Source: Deltaproteobacteria bacterium
GTDB lineage: Bacteria; JAEEML01
Direction of reading: 5' to 3'
Assembly (NCBI GenBank): GCA_016283195.1
Contig: JAEEML010000018.1
Coordinates: 1-41,646, forward strand
DNA length: 41,646 bases
The notes beneath the pieces were generated by a model, which was given only the letters and a program-made list of their open reading frames with translations, was not told the origin of the DNA and did no database searches. How positions within the stretch are numbered: position 1 is the first letter of the stretch; the number at the start of each line of letters is the position of its first letter. The position numbers and the translations under genes are program-made. Shown in pieces: positions 25,560 to 36,009 of this stretch.

Positions 25560-27292
25560 GGACGAGCTCCCGCTGCTGAGAGCGAAATTACATAAGGATC
25601 ACGCGGGTTTGACAACGCCTTTTTACCACCTCTTGTCACCACGGCATAATACACTTTCTTTTCCAAAGAGAGGCTGAGTTTTACCGGATCTTTATCCATC
25701 TGCTGCTCTTTGGCCGCCACTTCGTTGCCCTCTTCATCAACTACGGAAGCTTTAAGCGGCACCACCGGAATACCAGTAACTTTAAGCTCAAAATCGCCAG
25801 CCTTGCCAGCGGTATTATCGATTTTATAAAAATCGCTGTCCTCTTTGGGATGGAGCCAGCCGCTTAATCCCTCGGCGCCGATTTCCAAAACGGTGGCCTT
25901 TTCTTTGCTGTTATTGGGCTCCCGCTCCAACTTAGCCGCTCCTTCATAGGGGCGAATTTGGAGTTCATAGGGGCTTTCGGCGTTAAATTGGTTTTTATTT
26001 TTGGCACTAACCAAAAAGAGCGCTTCTTTTAGCAAAGTAGGAGCAATAATTTCGCCCTCTTTTTTGGCATTATCATTAACTGTTATCCATTTTTCGCTGC
26101 CGTCACCGTTATATAGTGAGAGCACCAAGTCCACCTCTTCCAAACCGGAGAGAGTCACCATTACCGGCCGTTCTTCCGGCAGGGAGATTTTGAACCAATC
26201 TTCATCGGCTTTGCGCCAAGGCGCTTTGTCCAAAATCTTGCCTTGGTCGATATGGCCGCGAATAAACATCGACTCGGTAATAGCTGTGGCTTCAACCGGG
26301 CGGTCATTGGACTCTTCTTCAAAAGCCACATCCAGAGCCACAAGCTCAGCCGTTATTTGGTAAGGCTCACTGTTATTAAAAGTCCAGCGGCTATTGAGTT
26401 CCACAAAGAGCGGCCCTTTATTTTCTTTAATAACAAAAACGGGGATAGTCATAGTTTCGCCTTCATCCTTCATGGCGCCAATCTCTTTCAATATCTCGCC
26501 GATATCGGTGGTGATTTTCAGTGAAGGCTTAACTTTTTTGGGAATAACAACACTCAGTTTCAGTGCTTTGCCGCCGGCATCTTCCGGCAATTCGATTTTA
26601 TACCAATCGGCATCGTTTTTCACCGCCAAATAGCCCTTTTTGGCCTCACCCAATGTAAGTGGCAGAGCATCGGCCTGACGTTCATTGGGCTCTTTTTCCA
26701 TAGCTTCATCAAGCGGCTCTTGGCTGATAGTCAAATTATAGGCATGCTCGGCATCAGAGAGGCTCTTCTCTTTGCTGTTCTTCTTAAATTGATAGACTTT
26801 TACAAAATAAGTGCCGGCATTAAGTTTTAAGCCCGGGTAGGTTTCCCCCTGGCTCGCCAGCTTTTCTTTCTCGCCGTCGCTGTTGGAATAAGCCTTAATA
26901 ATAGCGTCATCATCCTGGCTGCCGTGCAAAGAAAAAGCCACATCCAAAGTAGGCAGGCCGCTTAAAGTAATGGTCACCTGAGCCGGTTCTTGCAAAGTAA
27001 AACGCCAATAATCCACATCGGCTTTATCATCGGCCGCGTTTATATAGCCTTCGCCTTTTTGATCTATCTCTATGGCTGTAGCCTCTTTTTGACTGTTATT
27101 GGGTTCTGCCTCTTTGATGGTCTCAAAAGAACCGCTTGCTATATTAGCAGCAGCTTTTTCTTCAGGTGAAGCCTCTTTAGCCTCTTTGGTGGCTTCTTGC
27201 TGAGTAGCGGGTGCAGCAGATTGATTGGGCTTTTCTTTTTTACAACTGGGGACAAGGGCACAAGCCAGGAGCAATAAAAGCGCTTTTTTCAT
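25556..27292 (-). CDS. Lipoprotein with four PPC-like (pre-peptidase C-terminal) repeats
   Basis: Lipobox VPSC. Repeats begin EAEPNN, EKEPNE, EEESND and EREPNN, each followed by D.D[YWF][WYF][RK]. ATGA overlap with the sulfatase-like gene. Confidence 0.8.
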   Translation of the reverse strand: MKKALLLLLACALVPSCKKEKPNQSAAPATQQEATKEAKEASPEEKAAANIASGSFETIKEAEPNNSQKEATAIEIDQKGEGYINAADDKADVDYWRFTLQEPAQVTITLSGLPTLDVAFSLHGSQDDDAIIKAYSNSDGEKEKLASQGETYPGLKLNAGTYFVKVYQFKKNSKEKSLSDAEHAYNLTISQEPLDEAMEKEPNERQADALPLTLGEAKKGYLAVKNDADWYKIELPEDAGGKALKLSVVIPKKVKPSLKITTDIGEILKEIGAMKDEGETMTIPVFVIKENKGPLFVELNSRWTFNNSEPYQITAELVALDVAFEEESNDRPVEATAITESMFIRGHIDQGKILDKAPWRKADEDWFKISLPEERPVMVTLSGLEEVDLVLSLYNGDGSEKWITVNDNAKKEGEIIAPTLLKEALFLVSAKNKNQFNAESPYELQIRPYEGAAKLEREPNNSKEKATVLEIGAEGLSGWLHPKEDSDFYKIDNTAGKAGDFELKVTGIPVVPLKASVVDEEGNEVAAKEQQMDKDPVKLSLSLEKKVYYAVVTRGGKKALSNPRDPYVISLSAAGARP

Positions 27293-27390
27293 ATATACCT
27301 CGCATAACTAAAATTACACCGACAAAAGCGGCGCAAGTAGTAATAGAATATATTGCGTAAAAAGAAAAGGAGGGAACTAAAAATATAATC

Positions 27391-27813
27391 TCACTTCTCG
27401 GCGTTTTCGGCCGGAGCGGCTGCTTCAGCAACAACAGCTTTGCGGTCAACCAGTTCAATAAGAGCCATCGGAGTATTGTCGCCAATGCGGTTATTGATTT
27501 TCAAAATTCTGGTATAGCCGCCGTTACGGCTCGCATAGCGCTCGCGGAGCTCACCAAAAAGTTTTTGGGTAACAACGCGATCGTTATTGAGCTTGCTGGC
27601 TGCCACTCTGATAGCTGTAAGTTTTTCGGCATCAGAGCCGCCTCTTTTAGCCAAAGAGATGAGCTTTTCCACATAGGGGCGCAAAGCTTTGGCTTTAGGC
27701 AAAGTGGTGGTAATTCTCTCATGAGTGATGAGCTGAGCAGAAAGATTGCGCAGCAAAGCCAAACGATGAGAGGTCGAACGGTTTAATTTTTTGGCATTAA
27801 TCTTATGGTTCAT
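27391..27813 (-). CDS. rplQ: 50S ribosomal protein L17
   Basis: KKLNRSTSHRLALLRNL, ITTTLPKAKALR, RNGGYTRI. Confidence 0.98.
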   Translation of the reverse strand: MNHKINAKKLNRSTSHRLALLRNLSAQLITHERITTTLPKAKALRPYVEKLISLAKRGGSDAEKLTAIRVAASKLNNDRVVTQKLFGELRERYASRNGGYTRILKINNRIGDNTPMALIELVDRKAVVAEAAAPAENAEK

Positions 27814-27843
27814 GGCTAACCTCGATACCTTTCGTTAATATAA

Positions 27844-28869
27844 TCACTCTTTGTTCAAAGGAGCCGCCATGGCAACTTGCCGCTGCTTCAACTCCGGCGG
27901 CGGCCAATTGTCCGGCTTCATACCCAAAGAGAGTCCCATTTCGGACAAAAGCTCTTTGATCTCTTTCAAAGACTTACGCCCAAAGTTTTTAGTTTTGAGC
28001 ATTTCCTGCTCGGTGCGCTGCACCAAGTCACCTATATATTTAATATTGGCCGCTTGCAGGCAGTTGGAAGCTCTGACAGAAAGATCGAGCTCATCCACAC
28101 TACGCAATAAGTTCTCGTTAAAGGGCATTTCCTCTTTTTCGAGTTCCGGCATCATAAGCTCTTCTTCTTCTTCGATGCTGACAAAGAGAGCCAGTTGTTC
28201 GCGCAAGATACGCGCACCGTAAGAGAGAGCTTCTTCCGGAGTAATACTGCCATCGGTCCAGATTTCCAGCGCGAGGCTTTCATAATCGGTGCGCTGGCCG
28301 ACACGGGCATTGGTCACCTTGTAATTTACGCGGGTAACCGGAGAGAAAAAGGCATCCATAGGAATCCAGCCGACTTCACCCAAATTGGTGCGGTGCTTTT
28401 CCGAAGCCACAAAACCGCGACCTTTCTTTACCACCAGCTCCATATTGAGGCGGCCGCCTTCAGCCACTGTGGCGATATGCTGCTCGGGATTCAAAATAGT
28501 GATACTCTCATCACAAATCAAATCGGCGGCGGTTACCACTTTGGGGCCTTTGACATCAAGACGGATGGTTTTGTTTTCAAAACCGTGCATCTTCATGCGG
28601 ATTTCTTTTAAAGAAAGGATTATGTCGGTTACATCCTCTTTCACTTCGGGCAGAGCGGTAAACTCATGGAGTGCTCCATCGAGCTTCATGGCGCAAATAG
28701 CCGCCCCGGGCAGTGATGAAAGCAAAACTCTCCTTAAAGAATTGCCGATAGTAATACCGAAACCGCGTTCCAGCGGTTCAGCTACAAACTTGCCGTAAGA
28801 GCCGGTCATAGTTTCCTGATCGAAAACCAGGCCCTGCGGCTTAATTAATTCAAGCGCATTACGCTGCAT
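27844..28869 (-). CDS. rpoA: RNA polymerase alpha subunit
   Basis: [47 protein letters not shown]. Confidence 0.99.
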   Translation of the reverse strand: MQRNALELIKPQGLVFDQETMTGSYGKFVAEPLERGFGITIGNSLRRVLLSSLPGAAICAMKLDGALHEFTALPEVKEDVTDIILSLKEIRMKMHGFENKTIRLDVKGPKVVTAADLICDESITILNPEQHIATVAEGGRLNMELVVKKGRGFVASEKHRTNLGEVGWIPMDAFFSPVTRVNYKVTNARVGQRTDYESLALEIWTDGSITPEEALSYGARILREQLALFVSIEEEEELMMPELEKEEMPFNENLLRSVDELDLSVRASNCLQAANIKYIGDLVQRTEQEMLKTKNFGRKSLKEIKELLSEMGLSLGMKPDNWPPPELKQRQVAMAAPLNKE

Positions 28870-28902
28870 TGAGTCCTCCGCCTAAACAAATTAGGGAGCT
28901 AA

Positions 28903-29529
28903 TTACTTGGAGTAAAGTTCGACGACGAGCTGTTCTTTAAACGCACTGCTAATATCTTCGCGAACCGGCAACGCTCTGATGGTCCCTTTGAAAGCAGCTT
29001 TATCCAGCTCCATCCACCCGGGGACTCCGCGTTTATCTACATTCCCCATAGCACGCACTATCGGGGCAATTTCCCGGCTCTTTTCGTTTACGGTCACCAC
29101 ATCGCCGGCTTTTAAAATATAAGAAGGTATATTCATCTTCTTATCGTTAACCCGGAAGTGGTTATGGCGCACCAATTGGCGTGCCTCAGCCCGTGAATCG
29201 GCAAAACCGAGCGAGTAAACAACGTTATCCATGCGGCGCTCCAAAAGTTGGAGCATATTTTCACCGGTAACGCCTTTGGTTCTGGAAGCCTTGTCATAAA
29301 CCAAGCGGAATTGTTTTTCCAGAAGGCCGTAAGTACGGCGCACTCTTTGTTTGGCCCGAAGTTGAAGACCATATTCCGATTCCTTGGTACGATTTTGGCC
29401 ATGCTCACCTGGAGCATAATTAATTCCGCTATCCAGCGGGCATTTAGAATAACAACGTTCGCCCTTCAAAAAGAGCTTATCGCTTTCTCTACGACATTTT
29501 CTGCACTTGGCATCACAATCTCTAGCCAC
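28903..29529 (-). CDS. rpsD: 30S ribosomal protein S4 (Zn-binding Cys form)
   Basis: CRKCRRE..KLFLKGERC, SEYGLQLRAKQ, LERRMDNVVY, EQLVVELYSK; GTG start. Confidence 0.98.
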   Translation of the reverse strand: MARDCDAKCRKCRRESDKLFLKGERCYSKCPLDSGINYAPGEHGQNRTKESEYGLQLRAKQRVRRTYGLLEKQFRLVYDKASRTKGVTGENMLQLLERRMDNVVYSLGFADSRAEARQLVRHNHFRVNDKKMNIPSYILKAGDVVTVNEKSREIAPIVRAMGNVDKRGVPGWMELDKAAFKGTIRALPVREDISSAFKEQLVVELYSK

Positions 29530-29570
29530 TTTATAACCTCCACTCGTAAAATATGCGAGCAGTCTTTATA

Positions 29571-29954
29571 TCAGACTCTACGGCGTTTCGGGGGACGGCA
29601 ACCGTTATGGGGTACCGGAGTCACGTCCTTAATCATAGTAATTCTAAGGTCAGCTGCCTGAATAGCACGGATAGCCGCCTCGCGACCGCCGCCCGGGCCT
29701 TTCACAAAAACAGCAACCTTTCTAAGGCCTTGTTCTTTGGCTTTGCGAATAGCTTCCTCAGCTGCCACCTGAGCAGCAAACGGAGTGCTCTTGCGGGAGC
29801 CGCGGAACCCCTTGGAACCAGAACTGGACCAAGAAATACCGTTACCTACAGGATCGGTAATAGTAATAATAGTATTGTTAAATGTTGCTTGTATATGAAC
29901 AACCCCTTCGGGGATATTCTTTTTAACTTTCTTGCCACGAACCTTAGCTGGCAT
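29571..29954 (-). CDS. rpsK: 30S ribosomal protein S11
   Basis: [40 protein letters not shown]. Confidence 0.99.
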   Translation of the reverse strand: MPAKVRGKKVKKNIPEGVVHIQATFNNTIITITDPVGNGISWSSSGSKGFRGSRKSTPFAAQVAAEEAIRKAKEQGLRKVAVFVKGPGGGREAAIRAIQAADLRITMIKDVTPVPHNGCRPPKRRRV

Positions 29955-29993
29955 TCGATGCTCCTTACCTACGGCCTACGCCGAAGATCTTAA

Positions 29994-30353
29994 TTATTTT
30001 TTAATTCCGCGACGGGGGCCTTTACGGGTACGGGCATTGGTGCGGGTTCTTTGACCGCGCACGGGGAGGCCGCGCCGATGGCGCAGACCGCGATAACACC
30101 CGAGATCCATAAGCCGCTTAATGTTCATCGACACTTCGCGACGCAGGTCACCTTCAACTTTGAAATTAGCTTCGATACAATCACGGATTTTGGCTACATC
30201 GTCTTCGCTCAGATCATCAGTGCGCTTAGCGGGATCGATACCGGTCATTTCCACGATCTTAAGCGCATTGGCCGGGCCAATACCGTAAATGTAGCGCAGC
30301 GCATAATCAATCCGCTTTTTGCGTGGAAGATCCACTCCACTGATACGTGCCAC
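29994..30353 (-). CDS. rpsM: 30S ribosomal protein S13
   Basis: [41 protein letters not shown]. Confidence 0.99.
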   Translation of the reverse strand: MARISGVDLPRKKRIDYALRYIYGIGPANALKIVEMTGIDPAKRTDDLSEDDVAKIRDCIEANFKVEGDLRREVSMNIKRLMDLGCYRGLRHRRGLPVRGQRTRTNARTRKGPRRGIKK

Positions 30354-30419
30354 GTTATACTCCCTTGGGCAACTTGCTCCGTTATGGGGATTAATATCCC
30401 ACTTGTTTAATTAATTTAA

Positions 30420-30533
30420 TCAACCCTGACGTTGTTTGTGGCGAGGATTCTCGCAAATAACACGCACAATACCACGTCTTTTGACCACTTTGCATTTCGG
30501 ACAAATCTTTTTAACCGATGCTCTAACCTTCAT
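30420..30533 (-). CDS. rpmJ: 50S ribosomal protein L36 (below the ORF-track cutoff)
   Basis: Manual translation: [37 protein letters not shown]. Confidence 0.98.
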   Translation of the reverse strand: MKVRASVKKICPKCKVVKRRGIVRVICENPRHKQRQG

Positions 30534-30598
30534 TTCTGAACCTCTATGCGGCAACACCGGGCTCCTTGCCAGGCGATTTAGCCCCATTCACGGCGGCC

Positions 30599-30627
30599 TA
30601 TATACCACCTGTTTCAAAATTAAGCAA
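30599..30627 (-). promoter_or_regulatory. sigma70-type promoter of the rpmJ-alpha operon
   Basis: Minus strand TTGCTT-17 nt-TATATA with a TG extended -10, followed by a GC-rich discriminator (GGCCGCC). Confidence 0.6.
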
Positions 30628-30856
30628 GTTCTTTTTTACGCATATTCAAAAAAAATGCAAAAAAGTTTAAATTATTTTGGATTATTACCAGCTATTCAAT
30701 GCCTGACGGCTGATCCAAAATTCACTTTTAAAAAATATTGGCATCTCTTTTGCAATTTCTTGACAAGCGGGGCGAAAGTGTGGCCAACTAACCGCTGGTC
30801 TTGTGTGTTGCCTTAAACTATGACGGCAAAGCCGTCTTAAAAAAAGGAGATATACC

Positions 30857-32914
30857 GTGGCTATTGACCTCTATTTCTATCTGGTTCCTGTAGTTGGTCT
30901 TCTTGCCCTTCTCTATGCTTTCTTAAGAAGTAAGGGTATAGACAAAAAGGATCCGGGCAACACGCGTATGGTAGAAATATCCGGCTTTATCAGAGAAGGC
31001 GCTATGGCCTTTCTGAAGAAAGAGTATAAGGTACTGGCCATTTTTGCCCTTGTAGTGGCTTCGGCTCTGGTGGCCGCTTATTGGTCCAGCGAGTCCAGCC
31101 ACCCCCTCATCGGTCTATCTTTTATTTGCGGCGCCATCTTTTCTTCGCTGGCCGGCTTTTTCGGTATGCGCGTAGCCACCAAAGCCAATGTGCGCACGGC
31201 CAATGCTGCCCATAAAGGGTTAAACGACGCTCTAGCCATTGCCTTCAGCGGCGGCTCGGTCATGGGCATGACCGTGGTTGGACTCGGCGTTTTAGGCATT
31301 AGTTGCCTCACTTTGTTATTCTGGAAATCCGGCATTTTTGATGTCTCCGGAGCTACTGATTGGGGACGCATTTTGGCTGTGCTTTCCGGCTTCTCGCTGG
31401 GCGCCAGTTCCATCGCTCTCTTTGCCCGTGTGGGCGGCGGCATCTATACCAAAGCGGCCGATGTAGGCGCCGACCTCGTCGGTAAAGTATTAAAAGGCAT
31501 TCCCGAAGACGACCCGCGTAACCCCGCTGTTATTGCCGATAACGTGGGCGACAATGTTGGCGATGTGGCCGGCATGGGAGCCGATCTTTTTGAATCTTAT
31601 GTCGGCGCCATCATCAGTGCAATGGTTCTGGCCGCCGCCGCCGGCAATATTCCGGCCCTCTTCCTGCCGCTACTCCTGGCCGCTGTCGGCATTTTAGCTT
31701 CCATCATCGGCAGCTTCTTTGTGCGCACCAAAGAGGGTGGCAATCCGCAGACCGCCCTCAATATCGGCACTTTTTTGGCCGGCGGCTTAATGCTTATCGC
31801 CGCTATCGGCCTCTGCTATTTCTTCCTCCCCGAAGGTTATACCTGGGCCAATGGCACAGTGTCAGAATGGTACCATATTGTCATTGCCGTAGTGGCCGGC
31901 CTCATCGTGGGCATTTTGGTGGGCGTTGTTACCGAATATTACACCAGCGACGAAAGTAAGCCCACTCAGGAAGTGGCCAAAGAATCGCAAACCGGCACTC
32001 CAACTAATATCATTGCCGGCCTGGCTCTCGGCATGAAATCAACCTGCATTCCAATTATCTTAATTGCCATCGGCATTATCGTGGCTTACCTTTACGGCGG
32101 CCTTTACGGCATTGCCATGGCCGCTCTGGGCATGCTTTCCACCACCGGCATTCAGCTGGCCGTTGATGCTTATGGCCCCATTTCCGACAACGCCGGCGGT
32201 ATTGCCGAGATGAGCCACCTGCCCAAAGAGGTACGTCAGCGCACTGATAAACTGGACGCCGTCGGTAACACCACCGCCGCTATGGGCAAAGGTTTTGCCA
32301 TTGGTTCAGCTGCCCTCACTGCTCTGGCTCTCTTTAGCTCCTTTATGACCGCCGCCGGCATTGATTCCATCAATGTAGCCCAGCCCACCGTTATGGCCGG
32401 CCTCTTAATCGGCGCTATGTTGCCTTATCTCTTCTCTTCCATGTCTATGAAAGCTGTGGGCAATGCTGCTCATGATATGATTCTGGAAGTTGAGCGTCAA
32501 TTTGACCAAATTCCCGGCCTGATGGAAGGCACCGGCCGCGCCGATTACGCCCGCTGTGTGGCCATTGCCACCGGTGCCGCCATCAAAAGAATGATCGCCC
32601 CCGGCCTTTTAGCGGTTTTAGTACCTTTGATAGCGGGCTTTATTGACAAAAACATGCTTGGTGGGTTACTAGCTGGTTGTACGGTCTCCGGCGTTATTCT
32701 GGCCATCTTTATGGCCAATGCCGGTGGCGCTTGGGACAATGCCAAGAAGCATATTGAGGGCGGAAATTACGGCGGCAAAGGCAGCGATGCCCATCATGCG
32801 GCCGTGGTTGGCGATACCGTTGGCGACCCCTTCAAAGATACCGCCGGCCCCTCCATCAATATTCTCATCAAATTGATGAGCGTTGTGGCTCTCGTCATTG
32901 CCCCTTTGCTCTGA
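30857..32914 (+). CDS. hppA: Membrane pyrophosphatase, K+-dependent (probably Na+-translocating)
   Basis: [33 protein letters not shown] (Ala marks K+-dependence), [20 protein letters not shown]. Confidence 0.96.
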   Translation: MAIDLYFYLVPVVGLLALLYAFLRSKGIDKKDPGNTRMVEISGFIREGAMAFLKKEYKVLAIFALVVASALVAAYWSSESSHPLIGLSFICGAIFSSLAGFFGMRVATKANVRTANAAHKGLNDALAIAFSGGSVMGMTVVGLGVLGISCLTLLFWKSGIFDVSGATDWGRILAVLSGFSLGASSIALFARVGGGIYTKAADVGADLVGKVLKGIPEDDPRNPAVIADNVGDNVGDVAGMGADLFESYVGAIISAMVLAAAAGNIPALFLPLLLAAVGILASIIGSFFVRTKEGGNPQTALNIGTFLAGGLMLIAAIGLCYFFLPEGYTWANGTVSEWYHIVIAVVAGLIVGILVGVVTEYYTSDESKPTQEVAKESQTGTPTNIIAGLALGMKSTCIPIILIAIGIIVAYLYGGLYGIAMAALGMLSTTGIQLAVDAYGPISDNAGGIAEMSHLPKEVRQRTDKLDAVGNTTAAMGKGFAIGSAALTALALFSSFMTAAGIDSINVAQPTVMAGLLIGAMLPYLFSSMSMKAVGNAAHDMILEVERQFDQIPGLMEGTGRADYARCVAIATGAAIKRMIAPGLLAVLVPLIAGFIDKNMLGGLLAGCTVSGVILAIFMANAGGAWDNAKKHIEGGNYGGKGSDAHHAAVVGDTVGDPFKDTAGPSINILIKLMSVVALVIAPLL

Positions 32915-32933
32915 CAAGCAAAGGAGATTTATC

Positions 32934-33416
32934 TTGAAAAAAGCACCGTTTAAATTGCTTCCTGGTTTTTTAGTCTTTGGCCTTACAGCTTTTGCTTTCG
33001 GCCTTTACAGCAACTCTTTGGTGGCCCAATCTGCCGATATGTACATCGGCAGCGAAAGCTGCGGTGAGTGCCACCCCAAAGAATATGAAGTGTGGAAAAA
33101 TTCGCACCATGCCAAAGCCACCGGCGTACTTCCGGAAAGTCGCCTCATGGATAAGCGTTGCACCCAGTGCCACACCACTTTGGCCCCTGGACTAGACCAA
33201 GCCAAGGTAGAGGGCATTAGTAATATTACTTGCGAACGTTGCCACGGCGCCGGCAAGTATTATGCCCAAAGCAATGTGATGAAGGACAAAGAACTGCGCC
33301 GCCTCACAGGGCTTAAAACCCCCGATGAAAAAATGTGCACTATTTGTCATTCTGATGCCTCTCCTTCAGTAAGGCCCTTTAATTTTAAAGAACACTTTAG
33401 CCGCATAGCTCATTAA
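32934..33416 (+). CDS. Periplasmic tetraheme c-type cytochrome (c554-like)
   Basis: Four CxxCH motifs (CGECH, CTQCH, CERCH, CTICH) and a signal peptide. TTG start at 32934 after AAGGAG. Confidence 0.88.
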   Translation: MKKAPFKLLPGFLVFGLTAFAFGLYSNSLVAQSADMYIGSESCGECHPKEYEVWKNSHHAKATGVLPESRLMDKRCTQCHTTLAPGLDQAKVEGISNITCERCHGAGKYYAQSNVMKDKELRRLTGLKTPDEKMCTICHSDASPSVRPFNFKEHFSRIAH

Positions 33417-33439
33417 CTACGCATTTTTAAAGAAATATC

Positions 33440-34312
33440 ATGAAAAATTGGTCCACTATCAAAGTCTATTTGATTTTGTTATTAGGTGTTATTGCCGGCG
33501 CCCAATCGGGCAATCTGGTGCGCCTGGGAACAGCTTCTCCGGTCGCCATTGCCGCTTATCGTCTTTTAATCGCCGGGCTGATTTTAGCCATTTTGGCCGG
33601 CCGCGGATTTAAGCAATTAAAAAACCTAAATGGCGGCAAAATCGCCCTCCTCTTTTGCGCGGCTTTGGCCCTCGCCCTCCATTTCATCACCTGGATTGCC
33701 GCCGTGCAGCACACTACAGTTGCCAATGCGGCTATACTTTTTGCCACCAATCCGCTCTTTACTTCCATCCTAGCTATCTTTTTCTTTAACGAACATTTTT
33801 CCAAAAGAGCTTTGATTGCCCTAATCCTGGGTATCGGCGGTACAGTAGTCATTTGCATGGGCGATTTTGGGCTTAGCCGGGAAAATTTAATGGGCGACGG
33901 GCTAGCCGTTATCTGTGCGCTCTTTTTCACTACCTACTTCTTGCTCAGCAAAAAGATGCGCACTTACCTCGATACCGATGTTTACATGGCCTCAATTTAC
34001 CTCATCGCCGGTATCTCCTGCGCCAGCGCCATGCTTATCATGAATATACCCTTCACCGGCTATAGCGACCGCACCTGGCTCTGCTTTTTGCTAATGGCCC
34101 TTATCCCCACCATTTTGGGCCACACCAGTATTAATTACAGCGTGCGCTATATGAAAGCCAGTACCGTTTCCATTGCCACTCTGGCCGAAGTACCCATTGC
34201 CACTCTGGTTGCCGCTTTGGCCTGGGGCGACCCGGTTACTCTGCTAACTATTTTGGGTTTTCTGCTGGTTATTGGGGCAGTAGTAATAATTTACACGGAG
34301 AAAAGCACTTAA
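33440..34312 (+). CDS. DMT/EamA family transporter
   Basis: About 10 TMs in two repeats; AAYRL, ALHF..W, GD.LA, PTILGHT..N. Confidence 0.9.
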   Translation: MKNWSTIKVYLILLLGVIAGAQSGNLVRLGTASPVAIAAYRLLIAGLILAILAGRGFKQLKNLNGGKIALLFCAALALALHFITWIAAVQHTTVANAAILFATNPLFTSILAIFFFNEHFSKRALIALILGIGGTVVICMGDFGLSRENLMGDGLAVICALFFTTYFLLSKKMRTYLDTDVYMASIYLIAGISCASAMLIMNIPFTGYSDRTWLCFLLMALIPTILGHTSINYSVRYMKASTVSIATLAEVPIATLVAALAWGDPVTLLTILGFLLVIGAVVIIYTEKST

Positions 34313-34315
34313 GTA

Positions 34316-34957
34316 TTAGTTCTTTTGCGCCACGAGGTGCAGGCGGAATTTTCTTTGCCGCTCCAGCTTAAGTACTTTGAGCCCGGCTTTTTGGCACATT
34401 TCAGCTACTTCTTTTAGTGAAGAAAGACGCACATCGCCATGGCCAAACAGGTTGGCCAGCGGCATTTCCAGATGATTTGCCACCCACACAAAAAAGTTAT
34501 TTGATGTGTAATCACGCAGAATTAAATAACCGCCCGGCCGCAAAACGCGCTCTGCTTCGGCCAAAAAGCGCTCGGGATTAGGGTAATGGTGAAAGCTGTT
34601 GGCGCAGATGAGAGCGTCAAAAGAGCTGCTCTCAAAAGGCATATTTTCGCTGTCACCAACCACAAAATTGCTGTTTGGCAGCTTTTTAGCTTTGGCCACC
34701 TCAATCATTTTTGGCGTAAGATCCAGGCCGTTAAATTCCCTCTCTGGGAACTCTTTGGCTAAAAGTTCCAATGTCGGCCCGGTGCCGCAGCCCACATCGA
34801 GGATGTTATGCCACGCTATTTTTTTAAGCTCCTCAAGTATCGGCGGATAGTCATCTTTGCAGCGCTCATAAATACCGGCATGGCCGCTGTCGTAAATATT
34901 GGCGGCTTTGCTAAATTCTTTTACCGAAAGATCTTTGTAATACTCTGATGTTTTCAT
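34316..34957 (-). CDS. Class I SAM-dependent methyltransferase
   Basis: ILDVGCGTG, GLDLT..M, GDSENMPF, SFHHYP, RVLRPGG. Confidence 0.92.
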   Translation of the reverse strand: MKTSEYYKDLSVKEFSKAANIYDSGHAGIYERCKDDYPPILEELKKIAWHNILDVGCGTGPTLELLAKEFPEREFNGLDLTPKMIEVAKAKKLPNSNFVVGDSENMPFESSSFDALICANSFHHYPNPERFLAEAERVLRPGGYLILRDYTSNNFFVWVANHLEMPLANLFGHGDVRLSSLKEVAEMCQKAGLKVLKLERQRKFRLHLVAQKN

Positions 34958-35017
34958 TTTTTTGCTTCTAAAAGCTGAAGGGTTCTAAATTTTTCTAAAC
35001 TATATCATAGAGGGGCC

Positions 35018-35731
35018 TTAAAAGGCCAGGATGAGGCCGGCGTTAAGTCCCATGGTGAATTTTTCGCCGTCCACCGGCAGGTTGAAACCCAGCTCTGTCA
35101 CCAGCTCGATGTTGTCATTCAGCATGACATTGTAACCGGCGGCGATGGTGCTGCCTTCAAACTCCCACCCCGGCTGATGATGGAGAGCCATGGAGTAGCC
35201 CAGGAGAATCTGGTGCGTCTCTTTAATGGTAAAATAGGTGCCCACATCAATTTCCGTAGCCAAAGTAAAGCCCTCTCCGGCCGCCCCGCCGATGGATTCA
35301 CCGGCTAAAAGATAGAGCCCCCAGGTGCGCTCCTCGTTGAGATCAAAAGTGAGCTCCAAATAGGGCTTGGCATTCATGCTCATACCATAGATATTAGCGC
35401 CCACTTCCATACCCACATCAATATCAAAATGCAAAGTATCCAAAACCGGATAATAGGCGCCGATGGTGAGACCGGCATCGCGGCTAGCGATATCATTACT
35501 CACAGCAATTTCACTGGCCAGGTAGAGCGAAAATTTATCGGTAATACCGTAATCAAATTGGAAATTTTGCGTAAATACGCCGCCATCTTTGGCCTTTTTG
35601 CCAATGCCGTCATAGCCTAAATAAAATTCTACCGAGCTGGCCTTCTCCGGAAAAGGCTCTAAAGTATCGAGCGCCAATGCCGGAGTGGCGGTGCAAAGTA
35701 AGAGGGCCAGGGTTAACAAAGATTTCTTCAT
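35018..35731 (-). CDS. Putative outer-membrane beta-barrel protein
   Basis: Cleavable signal peptide (ALA-LD), alternating amphipathic strands rich in G/Y/F, C-terminal strand ending in Phe (GLNAGLILAF); acidic. Confidence 0.7.
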   Translation of the reverse strand: MKKSLLTLALLLCTATPALALDTLEPFPEKASSVEFYLGYDGIGKKAKDGGVFTQNFQFDYGITDKFSLYLASEIAVSNDIASRDAGLTIGAYYPVLDTLHFDIDVGMEVGANIYGMSMNAKPYLELTFDLNEERTWGLYLLAGESIGGAAGEGFTLATEIDVGTYFTIKETHQILLGYSMALHHQPGWEFEGSTIAAGYNVMLNDNIELVTELGFNLPVDGEKFTMGLNAGLILAF

Positions 35732-35779
35732 AATTTCTCCTTTTTCTCTCCCAATGGGAGCGTTAAATACAGCTTAATA

Positions 35780-35797
35780 AATTAGCTGCGTCTAAAT
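35780..35797. promoter_or_regulatory. Metal-regulator-type operator upstream of the OM protein
   Basis: AATTAG-CTGCGT-CTAAAT; same pattern as the boxes upstream of feoA. Confidence 0.6.
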
Positions 35798-35847
35798 CAA
35801 CCAAAATATCTATCCCTTAAACATAAGCCATACATTATTTTAGGGAT

Positions 35848-35997
35848 TTAGTGACAAGAACCGTTTAAATGATGCGGGCAGTGGCGACAAGAACCGCCGC
35901 AAACAGGGTGCTTACCAGCTTTTTTATCTTTCACCATGGAATAACCGGCGAGCCCCAAAATAGCGCTTAAAACAGTGCCAACCAAAAAAGTAGCCAT
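35848..35997 (-). CDS. FeoB-associated Cys-rich membrane peptide (49 aa; missing from the ORF track)
   Basis: MATFLVGTVLSAILGLAGYSMVKDKKAGKHPVCGGSCRHCPHHLNGSCH*; GAGGAG RBS right after the feoB stop. Confidence 0.85.
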   Translation of the reverse strand: MATFLVGTVLSAILGLAGYSMVKDKKAGKHPVCGGSCRHCPHHLNGSCH

Positions 35998-36009
35998 TAT
36001 TCTCTCCTC

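Noticed and set aside
30436-30816. 126-aa plus-strand ORF
   Set aside because: Overlaps rpmJ antisense and the divergent promoter region; not protein-like.
30760-30856. Na+ or c-di-GMP riboswitch ahead of hppA
   Set aside because: Only a short GACGGC-AAA-GCCGTC hairpin; I could not match a riboswitch consensus.
35852-35897. Direct repeat GACAAGAACCG (possible CRISPR or att site)
   Set aside because: Only two copies, explained by the repeated GSC codons in the FeoB-associated peptide.
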